A DNA stretch of 64,000 nucleotides, from contig NW_026889774.1 in NCBI RefSeq assembly GCF_033153115.1, positions 12,524,001-12,588,000 of the forward strand. The letters are read 5' to 3'. This document shows, in pieces, positions 11,738 through 24,860 of this stretch. The position numbers and the translations under genes were made by a program. Each line of letters opens with the position of its first letter. The first letter of the stretch is position 1. Source of the stretch: Saccostrea echinata (Eukaryota). Below the pieces are notes generated by a model. It was given only the letters and a program-made list of their open reading frames with translations. It was not told the DNA's origin and ran no database searches.

Positions 11738-11955
11738 ACAAACAACCGTGTATGATCTGTAGGTTCTTGTTCACAATGATAGGATCGTATTTTTACATGA
11801 AAAACCTAAAGACATCATGGCAGATATTGGGGATCTGTCAACATCTTTAAGTCTGTCATCCCTCTGACATTTTCGAGTAAACCACATACAAACTTCAATG
11901 ATAAGTATTACTGTGAATATATTAATTTACCAATTCCTCTACAGTTTGTGATATA

Positions 11956-12152
11956 CTGTACATCACCAAATTTACACGACAAGAAGGTAAAATAATTTAT
12001 AAGCGAGACAAAATTTTAAATATCACGAACTTTTGATATCCTCATATAATTTTAAATAAAACAAATGCACGGAAGAATGAAATTTTCGCGACCAGACTGT
12101 CCTGCATAATTGCGAGAAAATAAAGATCACACTAATAAAAAGTGATTTACTG
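11956..12152. mobile_element. Degenerate TA-flanked CTG...CAG MITE
   Basis: TA-CTGTACATCAC ... GTGATTTACTG ends and CGCGA-type internal motifs shared with related copies at 26336-26544, 52319-52526 and 56971-57164. Confidence 0.5.
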
Positions 12153-13074
12153 CACTGACACGAGAAATTTTGGGGAATATTTATAATGGGTCTATCTTCC
12201 TCTCTACAAATTTAGTTGCAATTTTTAATTTTCGAAAGGATTTTTCAAGTGCATATGCAGGTTTATTTTGCAATCCAGCAAGCGCACTTTTAAAAAGTTT
12301 TATCTATATTATTTTATCTTCTTTAAAATGTATTTTCAATTAAGTCCACAGTTTGATTAAAACATGCATCTGGCAATATTACAGCAGTTTGATGAACAAG
12401 TTATCATAAGCAAAAATGATCAAATGCGAAATAAAATTGGAATAATTTCCTTATATATTAAAAATGAGCAGATTATTTTAGCGCGCTGTGTTCATTAATC
12501 CACTGTATGTTGTTACTGTTGGTTCATCTTACTAATTGTATTCTATCGAGTTTAGTTCTGACCTTAAGAATTTCGTAATGTAGTCGCCACCACAAATCTC
12601 CACTAAAATGTTACACAACGAGTAGAGTGGTTGGGAGATAGAACAAACTTTATACCATTCTTTTTCAACTACTCTTTAGAAATTCATCATACAGATAATC
12701 AAAAATCTAATTTTAAAAATACCACTCAGGTAACCTTGAAAAAAATGCAACAATTCTTGTGTACCTCAAAAGATGTGATTTTAATGACCTTCTGTAGATT
12801 ATAATGATTAAATATTTATTTAATTCCTGAGCTTTTTGGTATGGGTATGTTATTTGTGATGTATATTTCTATATTTATTCAATATAAACACAAAGGTTAG
12901 TTAAAATCACTGCTTCTTTTGTTTTTGACAAAAGGATTTAGCACTGGTTCATTTATCAGTGCGACTTAAATTAGTGTGTAATTTAATTTTAAAAATCTTG
13001 TTTGTATTCACGTGAAGCAGAATTTAATCAAAAACTTATACATAAGAAGAAGAAACTTGCTGTGGCCTTCAGTT

Positions 13075-13190
13075 AGACATTTAGATACATGTATATATCG
13101 ACGACGTATTATCAATTAACAATTAGTTACTTTCATTCATTTGTCGACTCGATATATCACAGTGAACTTGAAATAAAAGATATCACAAAG

Positions 13191-13274
<84 letters not shown>

Positions 13275-13835
13275 CATATCTGGATATTTTACTAGTAAAA
13301 GACGTTAATGGTATATAACCTACAATGTAACAACAAAACTTTATGATAAACGTGATGACCAACTTTTCTACCGTCAACTTCCCTTACTTATGTATCAATA
13401 TACCTTACCACCTGCATATGAGGTTTATATCCCCCAGTTGATTATGATATGCAAGAGCATGCTCCAATTTCTAAAACGAGGCAAGCTATTGACAAACAAG
13501 TTGATGAAACAGGGATATCAACAGTCTCGTTTAAAGTCAGTATTTCGCATGTTCTATGGTCGATATAATGACCATGTCAGCAAATACAATATATCATTAA
13601 TTCGAATGTTTACTGACGCTTTCATACTAATTGTTAGGCCATTACTTTAACACTGAATTTTCGACGGATTTTTTCGTTTGCCCGATCATGACAATGAGCA
13701 CACGGCGGGTGTAAACGGTCGACAAGGGAGGCTTACTCCTCCATGGCACTTGATCCCGCTTTTGATGTATTCAAGAGGTCCGTGTTTGCTCTGCTCCCGA
13801 TTTGTATTGTTTCAATGGAGTTTTGAGCTTCATTA
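13075..13835 (+). mobile_element. Degenerate Penelope-like (Naiad-type) retroelement: RT core, thumb and 3' UTR
   Basis: Remnant translation FR(Y)IDDVLSINN, FHSFVDSIYHSELEIKDIT, SYLDI, TKLYDKRDD, VNFPYL, PAYEVYIPQLI, FLKRGKLLTNKLMKQGYQQSRLKSVFRMFYGRYND; the ORF ends after the thumb with no C-terminal GIY-YIG, as in Naiads; interrupted by (TA)n. Confidence 0.85.
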
Positions 13836-14517
13836 NNNNNNNNNNNNNNNNNNNNNNNNNNNNNNNNNNNNNNNNNNNNNNNNNNNNNNNNNNNNNNNNN
13901 NNNNNNNNNNNNNNNNNNNNNNNNNNNNNNNNNNNNNNNNNNNNNNNNNNNNNNNNNNNNNNNNNNNNNNNNNNNNAAAGGTAGGATAATCACGAATTCA
14001 AACTGCACTATAGTCACATCCCAACATTCAAAGCTATTATATTATTTTGTAGTAAGATTATATTCTATAAATTTTTATAAGATAGAAAATAAAGCTTTTC
14101 TGTCAAATATGTACATGTTTCCCATTTTGCAAAATCCAAGCCATATAATGATTTTTTTAAAGTGGTTATGTTTAATGTAAATTGCATAAAATAATAAAAT
14201 CTAACAAAATGTCAAAGATTTAGTGTTTATTGTGATTTTTTTTACAAATATAAAGTGCACCAAAATAATACCAAGAATCAATTCCCTGTGAATGTATTGC
14301 GTACGTACACAAACAAGTACGAGTATTCTACAGCATATGTACCACCTTTAAATAAACATTAGTACAGAAATTCATGCTCCCTGTAGCACCCCTTCATACA
14401 GTTTTTGACTATGCCATTTCCACCTATGCAATATCTTTGATTATTTCCTTTCAAACCCTAAATTATCAAGGAACTATCACAAAACGCCTTACATTTCACG
14501 GATTATCATGTCAATTT

Positions 14518-14605
14518 TGAATTTACTAGGTGGAGGTAAATGCAAAATATACAACATAATATGTTATCATGTTAATTTTGCATTTACCTTCACCTAGTAA
14601 ATTCA
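14518..14605. repeat. Short inverted repeat (hairpin)
   Basis: TGAATTTACTAGGTGGAGGTAAATGCAAAAT ... ATTTTGCATTTACCTTCACCTAGTAAATTCA, ~31-bp arms with 1 mismatch. Confidence 0.85.
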
Positions 14606-15077
14606 CAACATGATAGGGTTATGAATTAAGGGGTCATCAACGATTAAAGCACAAAATATAGATTGTTTCAATTTGCACATGCATGTACTGTGTGATTACG
14701 AACCATAAATCGACCTTTGCTTACACATACACAGAAGATGAATCGCTTTCATACATGTTTACAGTATATTTCAAATGATGAATCCGGCATACTGGTTGAA
14801 AAATATTTCATTGAATGTTAAAGAAAATAATGAATTTTATGAGATATTATATGAATTATTAACGACACGAAAATAGATCAGTAAGTTTAAATACTTCGGA
14901 GCATTTGTAAATATTGAGTAAAGCAACTTGGTTGCATAAGAACAAAACTTTGATCGATCAACCTTTGATCGCAGTCGCAAGGAATACCGAATCGGTGGTA
15001 AGCACCCTGATAGCTATGCAGTTGTTGCATTTTAAGGACTATGTATATTGGAGGTCCGCACTAATTATGACTAGAAT

Positions 15078-16310
15078 TTACTTTAATTGGTAGATATGGA
15101 CCCAACCTTTATAATACTGAGAGACAGCAAGGCGGTGAGTATCATCATCATAGGCAATGCTCTCTGGGTCGTACCCCAGACTTGGCAACAATTTCATAAG
15201 ATGCCCCTCTTTGGTAAGAACACACAGTTTTTCTCCTGTAATGGCAACTATAACATGGTTCCCCACTACACATATCCCTCTTGGTTTCCCTGGGAGCTCT
15301 TTCTCCCAGTAGAGTTTCTCCGAGTATGACACACAGAGCAGCATATCTCTATGAACATCGGAGAGATACATCACATTTCTGTTCGGGTCCATTGTTAAGT
15401 ACAAGTGAAACGCCTTGAAATGAGTTTCATTTGGTCTTTGAATCTTTTCAACCTGCTGAACAACTTTTCCTTCGTCATTCAGTAGAGCTACACATTTGCT
15501 TTCTCCTCCAATATTAATAGTGACACCAAAATGGGATCTTCCGAAAGAAACACCATATCCATTTCCGTTTAGTACAAAACACTTTCCTTCACTTATCGTT
15601 TTCTCGTTGATTCGGTAATTATAAACTCTCTTGTGACACGTGATTACTACGTCATTAACATCTGCACCAACCGAAATTCCACGACAACCTTCGGGAACTT
15701 GCTTGCATATTGTTTCCTGAAAATTTTCATTGAATACTTTTAGTTGTTCATTTCCGAAGTTAATGATAACCAGTCGACCATCTGTTGTCCAAACGACTCC
15801 TTTTCTATTAAAATCCCGTTCAGCAGATTTCAATTTCTTGATTTCGGTGATTTCGAAAAGTAAAGGTTCTTCCGGAATAGTGGCATCACTGTTGCTTCTG
15901 GAGCGCGAGGTGCTAAAACTGGGAAAACGATCTCTTCCATGTGGGAATGCGAATGAAACTGGAGAACCTCGAGGAATTTCGTCACTGATACGTCTCACAG
16001 AGATCGCTCCTCTGGGTACCCTTTCATAAGACAAACTCCGAGAGAGGAGGGACTTTTCACTGAAGGGTCTCTCTGATCTTCTTACCGGTGATCGTATTGG
16101 TGGTGACAAAGAGTTCTGTGACGATGAACGCGTTGGCGGAGACGCAGAGCTTTGAGAGGTTGGTCTTCTTTCTGGTTTTCTGCCCTGGGGGTTAGTTACA
16201 GCTTTGATTGAAATTGGTTTGGAGTCGGTAGAACTCACTCGACGGGACTTCTCGTCTCTGGAGGAGGAAGCTGACCTGGATGATGGGTTTCTTGATTCAT
16301 TTTGGGACAT
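15078..16310 (-). CDS. 410-aa protein: Ser/Arg/Pro-rich disordered N-terminus plus NHL-like beta-propeller (TRIM-NHL-like C-terminus, no RING or B-box)
   Basis: Blade-like repeats (KGVVWTTDGRLVII, RGISVG, YGVSFG, YLTMDPNRNVMYLSD, PRGICVVGNHVIVA, PESIAYDDDTHRLAVS, VHIYQLK end). The ATG at 16310 has an in-frame TAA upstream and a splice acceptor (AG at 16348-47), so it is one coding exon; possible 5'-UTR exon donor at 20866. Confidence 0.8.
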   Translation of the reverse strand: MSQNESRNPSSRSASSSRDEKSRRVSSTDSKPISIKAVTNPQGRKPERRPTSQSSASPPTRSSSQNSLSPPIRSPVRRSERPFSEKSLLSRSLSYERVPRGAISVRRISDEIPRGSPVSFAFPHGRDRFPSFSTSRSRSNSDATIPEEPLLFEITEIKKLKSAERDFNRKGVVWTTDGRLVIINFGNEQLKVFNENFQETICKQVPEGCRGISVGADVNDVVITCHKRVYNYRINEKTISEGKCFVLNGNGYGVSFGRSHFGVTINIGGESKCVALLNDEGKVVQQVEKIQRPNETHFKAFHLYLTMDPNRNVMYLSDVHRDMLLCVSYSEKLYWEKELPGKPRGICVVGNHVIVAITGEKLCVLTKEGHLMKLLPSLGYDPESIAYDDDTHRLAVSQYYKGWVHIYQLK

Positions 16311-18549
16311 CGTGCTCTGACAAATTTAAATCCAGGACCAATCAACCTATTAGATTAAAAATTTTATATTTGTAGTGGCATAAAATCGATGTGCACTGAT
16401 CTGCATTTGTATGAATAATTGTATTCCGCAAAAGAAGTATATTAATAAGCTCTATAGAAGCAGATAATTGGTGGATTATGTTATTTTTACAATATCTTAT
16501 GTACATATCAGAAAACGAGATTTATTTGAAGCAAACCTCGTCGATTTTTTTTCATTATACAATTAGTACCCCTAATAAAGCTGTATATTAATATTGCGAC
16601 ACTAATTTGAATATATTGTACTGTATTTTGGTGTGGTAAAAAGGGGGTGGGGGAGTGTTGAAATCAACAACGAATCAAGAACGGGACGAAAATGATTTTG
16701 AGAATCTGATAGCGCACTCTATGATAGCACTCCCTGTAGATCACTCAATGTATTTTTAAACTAGTAACTTAATAAAACGTGAATTTATCAATGCAATCTG
16801 ACATTCACACGTACGTTCGGTTGTCTTTTCGTTTTGTCACTCTGAAGAAAAAAACTGTTTACAGAATGTCAATGAAAAACTGTTTATTTACAGATGTTAA
16901 AAATCGCACTGACCTTAATCACTCTGCGGATGTACATAATTCTATCTCAAATCTTAAGTCCGATTTCAAGTTACCATTTTACACCTGCACATCTTGTTGA
17001 GAACATTCACTATGTATGGAGTAGAGACTGCAGATATAATGCATTCTTGACTTATTTTGTGCGTCCCTCTCGTGTATATACTTTGAATATTCTAAAGAGC
17101 TTTAAAATTAAACTTCTGGAGGAATTCCAATTCAATGTAAACTTTTTACCTTTCAATTGTTAATCTCTTTCAAACGTAATTTAAACCAACTCTGAGCAAT
17201 TTAATAAATATTGAAATATTATTTTACTTCTCTATCTATATCGTGTGTATATACATGTATTTGGTTCGTGGAAAATCTTAAGACGTAGGCCTATTTGTAT
17301 ATTCATTCAAATTAAAAAGTCACATCCTAAAATAGTTTGGAAATCTGTTTCATTTTGGGATTTATTTTTATTAAGAAATCCTCAATAATTTCTAGTGCTA
17401 AACATGATTTATGAAGATTGAAAGGATTTCAAAAGGAACCGTTTTCTTAAAATTCAAATAATGGATGATTTGATTTTTAAAAAAAAAAATTCTTGATCTT
17501 ATTGCCGACAGACTGATTAATGTTGATCTGTATATGAATATAATAATACCGGATTTGTGGTTGAGACGCGTCATTGGATTTCTATTTGTGCAGTGTGCAT
17601 TTTAAATACTTGAAATCTCGTATTGTAAAACTCGGTTAAATCCTTTCAGCTCTGTCAAATATCGGTCGAATTTACTACACTACTAAATAGACCTATGTAA
17701 AATTGATTTCTGTGCAAGCTAGATTAAATAATTTGGATTTCGTTCACAAGTGAATTACATAGCAACGCATACTCCGTAAATGGCGGTTTAAAAAAAATGT
17801 TCCTGTTTATCTTCCATTTATATGCAGTATCCGTGTTTGAATGAACGCAGGGCCTAATTTCCACTTCATTGGGACACCTGTCCATTCCCAAATCTAATAC
17901 AATACTTTTATCAACCCGGGAGAGAGAGAGATCGAGAGATCAGATGTCAGTTGATTTCCAACTTATTATATGACTATAATGGTGAGGGTGGCTTTGATCT
18001 ACTGACGATCAATCAAACAAAAAGCGAGTTTTTCTGTGCCACTATCTAAAACTTAAGCTTAAATTAATATTTTTTATTATTTTAAAAACCTCTTTGAATC
18101 TCGGGAACTTTGTACAAATTAACGGCTGTCCGATAGTCTGCATGTGATATATTTATGTCACACTTGACCACATTGTCTATCTATACTTTTAAAAAACATA
18201 TTTCAAAATTGTTTTTTTAAAAACTGAAATTACTTTCTACGTTTTCTAATTTTCGGATTTTTTTTCTGTGGTAGAAACGTTCTAAATTCTTTAATCTTTT
18301 ATGCATTATCGCCAAAATACATGACTATATTAACAATACAATCAAAGAACCACGCGTGAGCTTTTTTCAGGCCCGTTGAGCGCGAGGAGGCCAGCCCCTC
18401 CCCCTTTTTAAAAAAAAATCAGCAATCAAAATACACGTAATGTTATCTGACAAGTTTACCAGGTTTTATTCAAATCGGAAAAAAGGTAGGAGTACTAACC
18501 TTTTAAAATAATTTAAGGAATACATTCATCGATTTCTTAATTTTTTTTT

Positions 18550-18586
<37 letters not shown>

Positions 18587-19418
18587 GTATTCTAGAATTA
18601 TGCAGCTTTATATACAGTGCAGTATAGTCTTGTACAAAAAATGTACTACTCCCATTTTTGAAACCAAAACTATAGAAGTGAAATAAAAAAAAATCCATTC
18701 ATGATATATCATCACCACTACCTCCCCATTTTACTGGTTTTTATTTTATTGTTAAACATATTCTCAATCCTTCAATTAAACAGAATCTTAGGTTAATGCT
18801 TACAAATAAATAATTAAATGATTGGCTAGATAATAATAAACTAGTTTCTTTCTAATCATTATGTAAATTTGAATTTTTTGATCTATGTTTATAAATATGA
18901 ATTTTGAACCACCCTTCTTAGGTCTATTCAGCTATGAAACACACATTTATTATATTTCAATCTTTGTTGTTTGATCAATAATAAAGAAAAAGGAGGTGTG
19001 TGTCATTAATTAAGTTCTCTCTTGTTGGGAAGAGATAATTGCCCTCCATATCACAGCTTTAAATTGCAATCAAAACAAAACTCCTCTAAAGAGATATTCA
19101 TTCCATGATTTAGAAGACAAAGCCAATGGAGATAATTATTTCAGTTTAAATTGTTCAACATAAATAGCAATTTAAGATGTTCAGGTTACCTTCAAAGTAA
19201 ATATTTAATTTGAGGGGTTACAGTTGCGACTCATTTTACTCTATTAAAATACTCACTTTTAATCAAATATCATAAGCCATGCAATTTGTGTACATGTAGG
19301 TTTTGTGTGGTGGAAACTGCATCAAACTGATCGTGGATAGTTCTTTAAGAGATTCTTATTGTTTTGTAAATAAATGTTTTAAATTAAACCACAATGATAC
19401 ACAATGCCTATAGATTAT

Positions 19419-20245
19419 ACAATTATTGCTGGTTTTTGAGGTCAATACGATGATTTAGACACCTGAGGAGTACAATTGTACTTCGAAGGTGTCTAAATCA
19501 TCGTATTGACCGAAAAAACAGCAATAATTGTTTTATTATATGATTCAATGATTAAATGACACACACTCATTAAGCAATCCGTGCCATCTTACTTGTTCAC
19601 ATCTACTGAAGTACTAGCCGAATATCAGAGAAACGGAGTTAAAAAACCAGTTGTATTATTTTGAAATTTTTAATTCTAGTTTAGGTGCAATGTAGAAAAA
19701 TAAATGTCAGGTACATATATAGGATTAATTTTGAAAAAGGGGGCATTAAAAGGGAAAAAAAAATGACAACGTACCTGAAAACAAATCTTTGACTAGCCCC
19801 CCCCCCCCCCCCCTAAAAAAGGAAAAGAATTCTCCCAAATTAAAATTTTATTTGGTGGGATGTAAAGGTACATAAACCTTTCGAGGGGAGGTGGGGCTTA
19901 CAATGAAATTTTTTATCCTTAAAATTTAAATTAAAACTTAACATTCTCAAAAGGTGGGGAGAGGGGCAGGACTCCTGCACCCCCCCTCCCCGACCCCTCA
20001 CCCAAGAATCTATGTGCCTTAATGTTATGTTCATATGAGTGGATGTCATATGCAAGTGAAATAACTTTCCAAAACTATTTGCATCAATTTGGAATTTCCC
20101 TATCTATTTTTAGTCCAATGTAGAATAAATAATTCCTTATATTGACCTGGAAGATCACGTGCAGGTCAATATAATGTAGTATTTTTCTAACATTGTTGGA
20201 TCTCAGCCAATCAGAGAGATGGGAATTATTCAATCATATAATAAA
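19419..20245. mobile_element. Palindrome-headed non-autonomous element (Crypton-like architecture)
   Basis: 113-bp near-perfect palindrome 19419-19531 centred on GTACAATTGTAC, then TATATGATT...AATCATATA inverted ends enclosing a second hairpin (ATATTGACCTG...CAGGTCAATAT) and CAGCCAATCAG; family assignment is inference. Confidence 0.45.
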
Positions 20246-20351
20246 GCATATTATTTCTTGTACTGTTTGTGCAGAGGCTGAGCTTATATACAAAAAAATG
20301 ATGTTCTGTATAATCATTGAAAAGGATTATAAAAGTTTTCAAAAAAATTAA

Positions 20352-20513
20352 AAATGTAATTTTTAATTTAATTAATTACTTTTGCAAAGTAATTGTAATT
20401 TAATTAATTACATGTCTTAGAAAGCCTGTAATTTAATTGTAATTTAATTGAAGAAAAAGTCAAAGTAATTGTAATTTAATTAATTACTTTTTAAAGTAAT
20501 TGACCCATCCCTG
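20352..20513. mobile_element. Right end of hAT-like MITE with subterminal GTAATT repeats
   Basis: Tandem GTAATT/TAATTAATTAC motifs ending in TGACCCATCCCTG. Confidence 0.5.
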
Positions 20514-21784
20514 ATATCTAAGCACTGTAAGGTTTGTTTATAATTGAAAAGTTCGGAAGCAACAGTTTGGGAATATCTGTAGGAAATGCAGGGTGTAGAT
20601 TTCAACTTGACAAAAATATTTTATTCAATTCAACTGAATTTTGATTCGACGAAAATTTATATGATAAACATGCAGGGTTTTTTCACTAATTAACAATGAC
20701 CATATACTCATCGTTAATCGAAAATATTGTTTATTAGTGAAAGACTTACAGAAGCAATTATGACATATATAAAGCATCATATATCAATCATTTCAGGAAT
20801 TTCAGGAAATCTACATTAAAACCATTCCAGTCAGGCAAGAGTGGGGAGAGGAACACCTTCACTCACCCAAGGTTCCGATCCCTGAAGTTGAGGGAGGAAT
20901 AGAGTGTATCTGAACTCTTGGCTAGACTCAAATCCGGTTAAACTAACGAGGTAGAACATTCGAGAAAAAAAATCTTTACGGACAAACACACGAAAATCAA
21001 AACTAAGGAACAGGCACTTTGCGAAATCATAAGTTTATCTGGTATCCAATTAATCGAGCTAATAAACAATAAAATGAGGGTTCTCTAAGTTTATGGTTTT
21101 ATAACAAAGGCGCAGATCCAGGATTTTTTTTGGGGGTGGGTGGGTGGGGGGTGATTGAGCCGATTTCCGTCACTTCTTCCTACCAGCTTAAGAGAAGTCA
21201 CATTTTGTTGGGGTGGGGTTAAAGACATCTTTATTTTGTAACTTTAGGCTACTACATATATGTCCATTAAATACTTGCAAATTCGCCCCCAATCCACGCA
21301 TGTAACCATACCAGTAATACATTGAATTTACTACACAGAAAATGAGAAGGGGTTTTTAACATCGTTTAATCATGTTCAATTGTTAATTGTCATGGCTATA
21401 TAAGCATACATTTACATGTATACACATGTACATTACATATTATTGCACTCTTTATATAAAAATAACTGAACAGGATTGGAGCTATCCCGAGTTGGAGAAA
21501 AAAAGGTTTTCATGTACTAAGCTCCACGTCATAAATGTGATTTTTTTAATACTGCAAACTGGTCTTAAATATTTTCGGCCGGTTATATCTGTTTTTGATA
21601 CGCCAGTATGTATCAGTGAAGTGATTAAAAGTTTGCGTTTTACAAATATAAAATTTTTTTTTAAAGACAGTCCCTTTCTTGAAACAACAAATCTTTTTCA
21701 TTCTAAGTATTTCAAAGCTATAACATGCAGTATTTAACCACTCTTCAAGTGTAATGTACCGCGGTAAAATATTACCAGTAATTA

Positions 21785-23052
21785 GGGCCCTGTCACACCA
21801 AGCTGCGTCCACACGGAGTCATTACGGCGTTGTAAAAATGTTAAAATCGCAGTGGAATCGCAGGGAAATCGCACAAATTTCTGTAAAATTTTTACAATGT
21901 GAAGATGTCGGCGTCCCTACGGCGACCCACGCGTTTCTACGGCGTTCTCGCGGCGTGCTACTGCGTTCCCAACGGAGATCTCTTCGCGATTGACTGCGCT
22001 TCCGCGGAGCTTTTACGGCGTGTTAGGAGTTGTCACCTCGCGTTCACGGCGTTCTCACTGCGCTTGCTGCGTTCACAATACGTCCACGATGCGTTCTTCA
22101 CTATGGATATATATATTCAGAAGGAGTGTAATAACACATTTTTTTTAAAGATTCGACTCACATAACGAAAAGACTTCAAAAATGATATATTTGAATAATT
22201 TAGTACTAAATTACTGTTAGTTTTATAATTAAAACTCTTCTTTTTTCAATTATATCAATTCAGATGTATTTTTTCTTTGATTTTATTTTGAATGTAAAAA
22301 ATAAACACACTGAAAAGTTGTTATAAAATTTAAGTAATTCCATCGCAACTCCACTGAAACAACAGAACAGGTTCTGGTGTAACTTTTACTTCCCAATTCT
22401 ACTCCCATGCTCCTGGCCAGGAGTGCAACAAATACGTTAGAATTATTGCTGATCAAATATGAGACCATTGCTCTTGTTTTGTGAGCTGGCTGACAACGCT
22501 CTAACAACGCCGTGAAAGCGCATTGTGATCGCCAACGTACGCGCAAGGGAGCGCATTGATCGCAGTGACAACTCCTTGTTGTCGCTGTGTAATCGCAGTA
22601 AAAAAAAATCACAAGACAATTAATCTCATTAGAAGTGCCGTACAAGCGTGATAGAAACGCCGTGACATCTCCAAGGACTCCGCGAGGTCTCCGTGGAAGC
22701 GCAGTCTACTATCACTGCGTTCATGCTGCGGTCATGTGCGTCTTCACGGCGTGCGTACGGAGCTCCCACTGCGTTGTTGGAGATCTCACCGAGCTGCTAC
22801 GTCGATCATACTACGTTTCTACTGCGTTCTTATCAGACGGCGATCACACGGCGCGTACTTTGTGCATGCCCAAAGTGCGCGCCGTCCCCTGGCGTTCTAG
22901 GAGACCCTACGCGACCCTACCGCGTTCAGTGGAGATCTCGCCGCGTTGTCACGGCGCTGTAGGAGACTCTACTCCGCTCACCTCGGCGTTTTGCATTTTT
23001 TATGGACGCCGTGCGATCGCCGTGAGGACGCAGTCCCGGTGTGACAGGGGTT
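21785..23052. mobile_element. PIF/Harbinger-like non-autonomous element with CpG-rich subterminal arms
   Basis: TIRs GGGCCCTGTCACACC..CTGCGTCC / GGACGCAG..GGTGTGACAGGGGTT; TTA and TAA flanks; GC-rich arms (21785-22100, 22490-23052) around an AT-rich core. The ORFs called here are spurious. Confidence 0.75.
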
Positions 23053-24369
23053 TAAATGGGCGATGTTGCAATCCTAGTGTAGGTTTGATAATTAATGGGT
23101 GTAACCATTAGTGTACAAGAAAAATTATCCTTGAAGCATAAAATTTCATTACAAACAGAGTTGATACACCACTTATTTACGCTTGGTAAATAAAAAAAAT
23201 TGTACACTGCATGACCGAAAACACTTTAGTCAGAGTAGTAACTCAACTGAACCTATGGCTCATAATATGACTTTTTGGTGAGCAAAATCAAAATTATAAC
23301 AAAGACAAATTCATTCAACAGATTTAAATTTATTATTTCTTAAATCCTAATAATGCACTTGTACACAAAATGAATACACAAAATAAATATAATATTTTTT
23401 TCTAATACTAGTATTTGCTTTAAGAAATTCATACATGTACAGCATCCCGTTTTCGTTTAAAAAAAAAAGCAAGTCCCTGTTCAATTAAGAATTGTGCAAA
23501 TGGTAACATAGCTATATTTACAAGCTAACAACTGATGGCTAAATTGTAAAACATTCTAACGATTTCTTGTAAGTAAGTTAGATTAAATCTCTTGATAAAA
23601 ACAATGAAAAATAATGTTTACAAATACATGCATGTACCCTGTTGAGTAATAATGAGATTGGAAGAACACTAAACAATAAATGCATCTCTAGAGAAAATCC
23701 TACAAGAGCAAATCAATGATCTGTAAAGGTAAATCAATGTTCATGACCTTTGACCTTCATGTTTTTTTTTTATCTGACCCAAAAAAAGGAAGTAAGCTCA
23801 AAAGTTCTTGGCAGATAAACACACACTGATTAACAGAGAGACCGAGTCAAACTGAGCAATCTTCAGTCTCAAGGGTTCAACAATTATAATAACACACAAA
23901 TAACTAAACTACTTAATGTGCAATAACACAGGAAAACACTTTTAACAGTTTTAAAATACCAATAATCTTAACATATTTCATAACACACAAACACATGTTC
24001 ATTCCAATAATGGACTTTTCAAGGGAGAACATAAAACAGTTCAATAACTTACACATTTTATCATATATTTGTAGCTCTCTGTAACACTTTTGTAAATAAA
24101 AACACTGGAGGCAATGAAACATAGCTGCAGGGAGGGGTAAAAATGAAATAAATACATTCATAACTTGATTACTCTCTCTATATAAAATTATATATATTAT
24201 TTTTACTGTTTAATTCAATCTGATTGGTTTGCTCAATATCACATGTAAAGTTATATGTTTCACAATTATGACTTGTTACTAAAAATAATCTAGATGTGTT
24301 TATAATAGTGAGAGGTCTTTACAAAATCTAATAATGAATTTGTTTGTTTCTGTTTTTGGTTCCAAAGAA

Positions 24370-24825
24370 AACAAGCATTCTGAGAGTATTGCATTAGCAA
24401 TACTAGTCCCCTACCGGTAAGTGTAATCTGGTTCCCGGTAAGAATTGAAAATGCCTTAATTCCGTCAAAAATCAATGAAGCGGGACGAAATGCAAACTTG
24501 ATCTATAAGTAATCAAGGTAAAGTCACATACCAAAAATCAGATCAATATCTGAAAGCGTTTAGAAGAAAATTGCGGAAAACCCGTAAAAATTGAAAAGGC
24601 CGTAATTTCGTCAAAAATCAATGAAGCGGAACGAAATGCAAACTTGATCTGTAACTCATTAAGATACACTCACATGCCAAAAATCAGCGCAATATCTGCA
24701 AGCGTTTAGGAAAAAAGTGCGGAAAACCAAGTGGGACAGACTGACAGACAGACAGAGGGACAGACGGACGGACAGACTCAGAGGAAACCTATAGACCCCT
24801 CCGGTTTCACCGGTAGGGGACTAAT
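24370..24825 (+). mobile_element. Helentron-associated interspersed element (HINE, pearl/DINE-like)
   Basis: AACAAG start, subterminal IR TAGTCCCCTACCGGT / ACCGGTAGGGGACTA, two ~145-bp internal tandem units, GACA/GACG microsatellite, 3' hairpin; near-identical inverted copy at 53875-54342. Confidence 0.85.
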
Positions 24826-24860
24826 AATATAACAAATGTAGCCCTTTGATGAGGTCAATT

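Larger units (their letters stand above)
8200..11955 (+). pseudogene. Truncated, disrupted duplicate of the 3' ~60% of the cGLR gene (parts 8200-9101 and 11738-11955)
   Basis: Colinear with 4930-6125 (e.g. TTTCCTCAAAACCTCTTGGATTGTTTC; GAAGGCACAA|ACA.CCGT.TATGATCT; ATGGCAGAT.TTGGG.ATCTGTCAACAT); has indels, stops, no NTase region and a 2.6-kb insertion. Confidence 0.92.

Noticed and set aside
15087-16029. Plus-strand ORFs 15087-15329 and 15730-16029 (and similar ones over SUCO exons)
   Set aside because: Antisense shadows of real coding exons.
21754-23111. Cluster of overlapping ORFs / CpG-island promoter
   Set aside because: It lies in the GC-rich arms of a Harbinger-like element, and the translations have no domain features.
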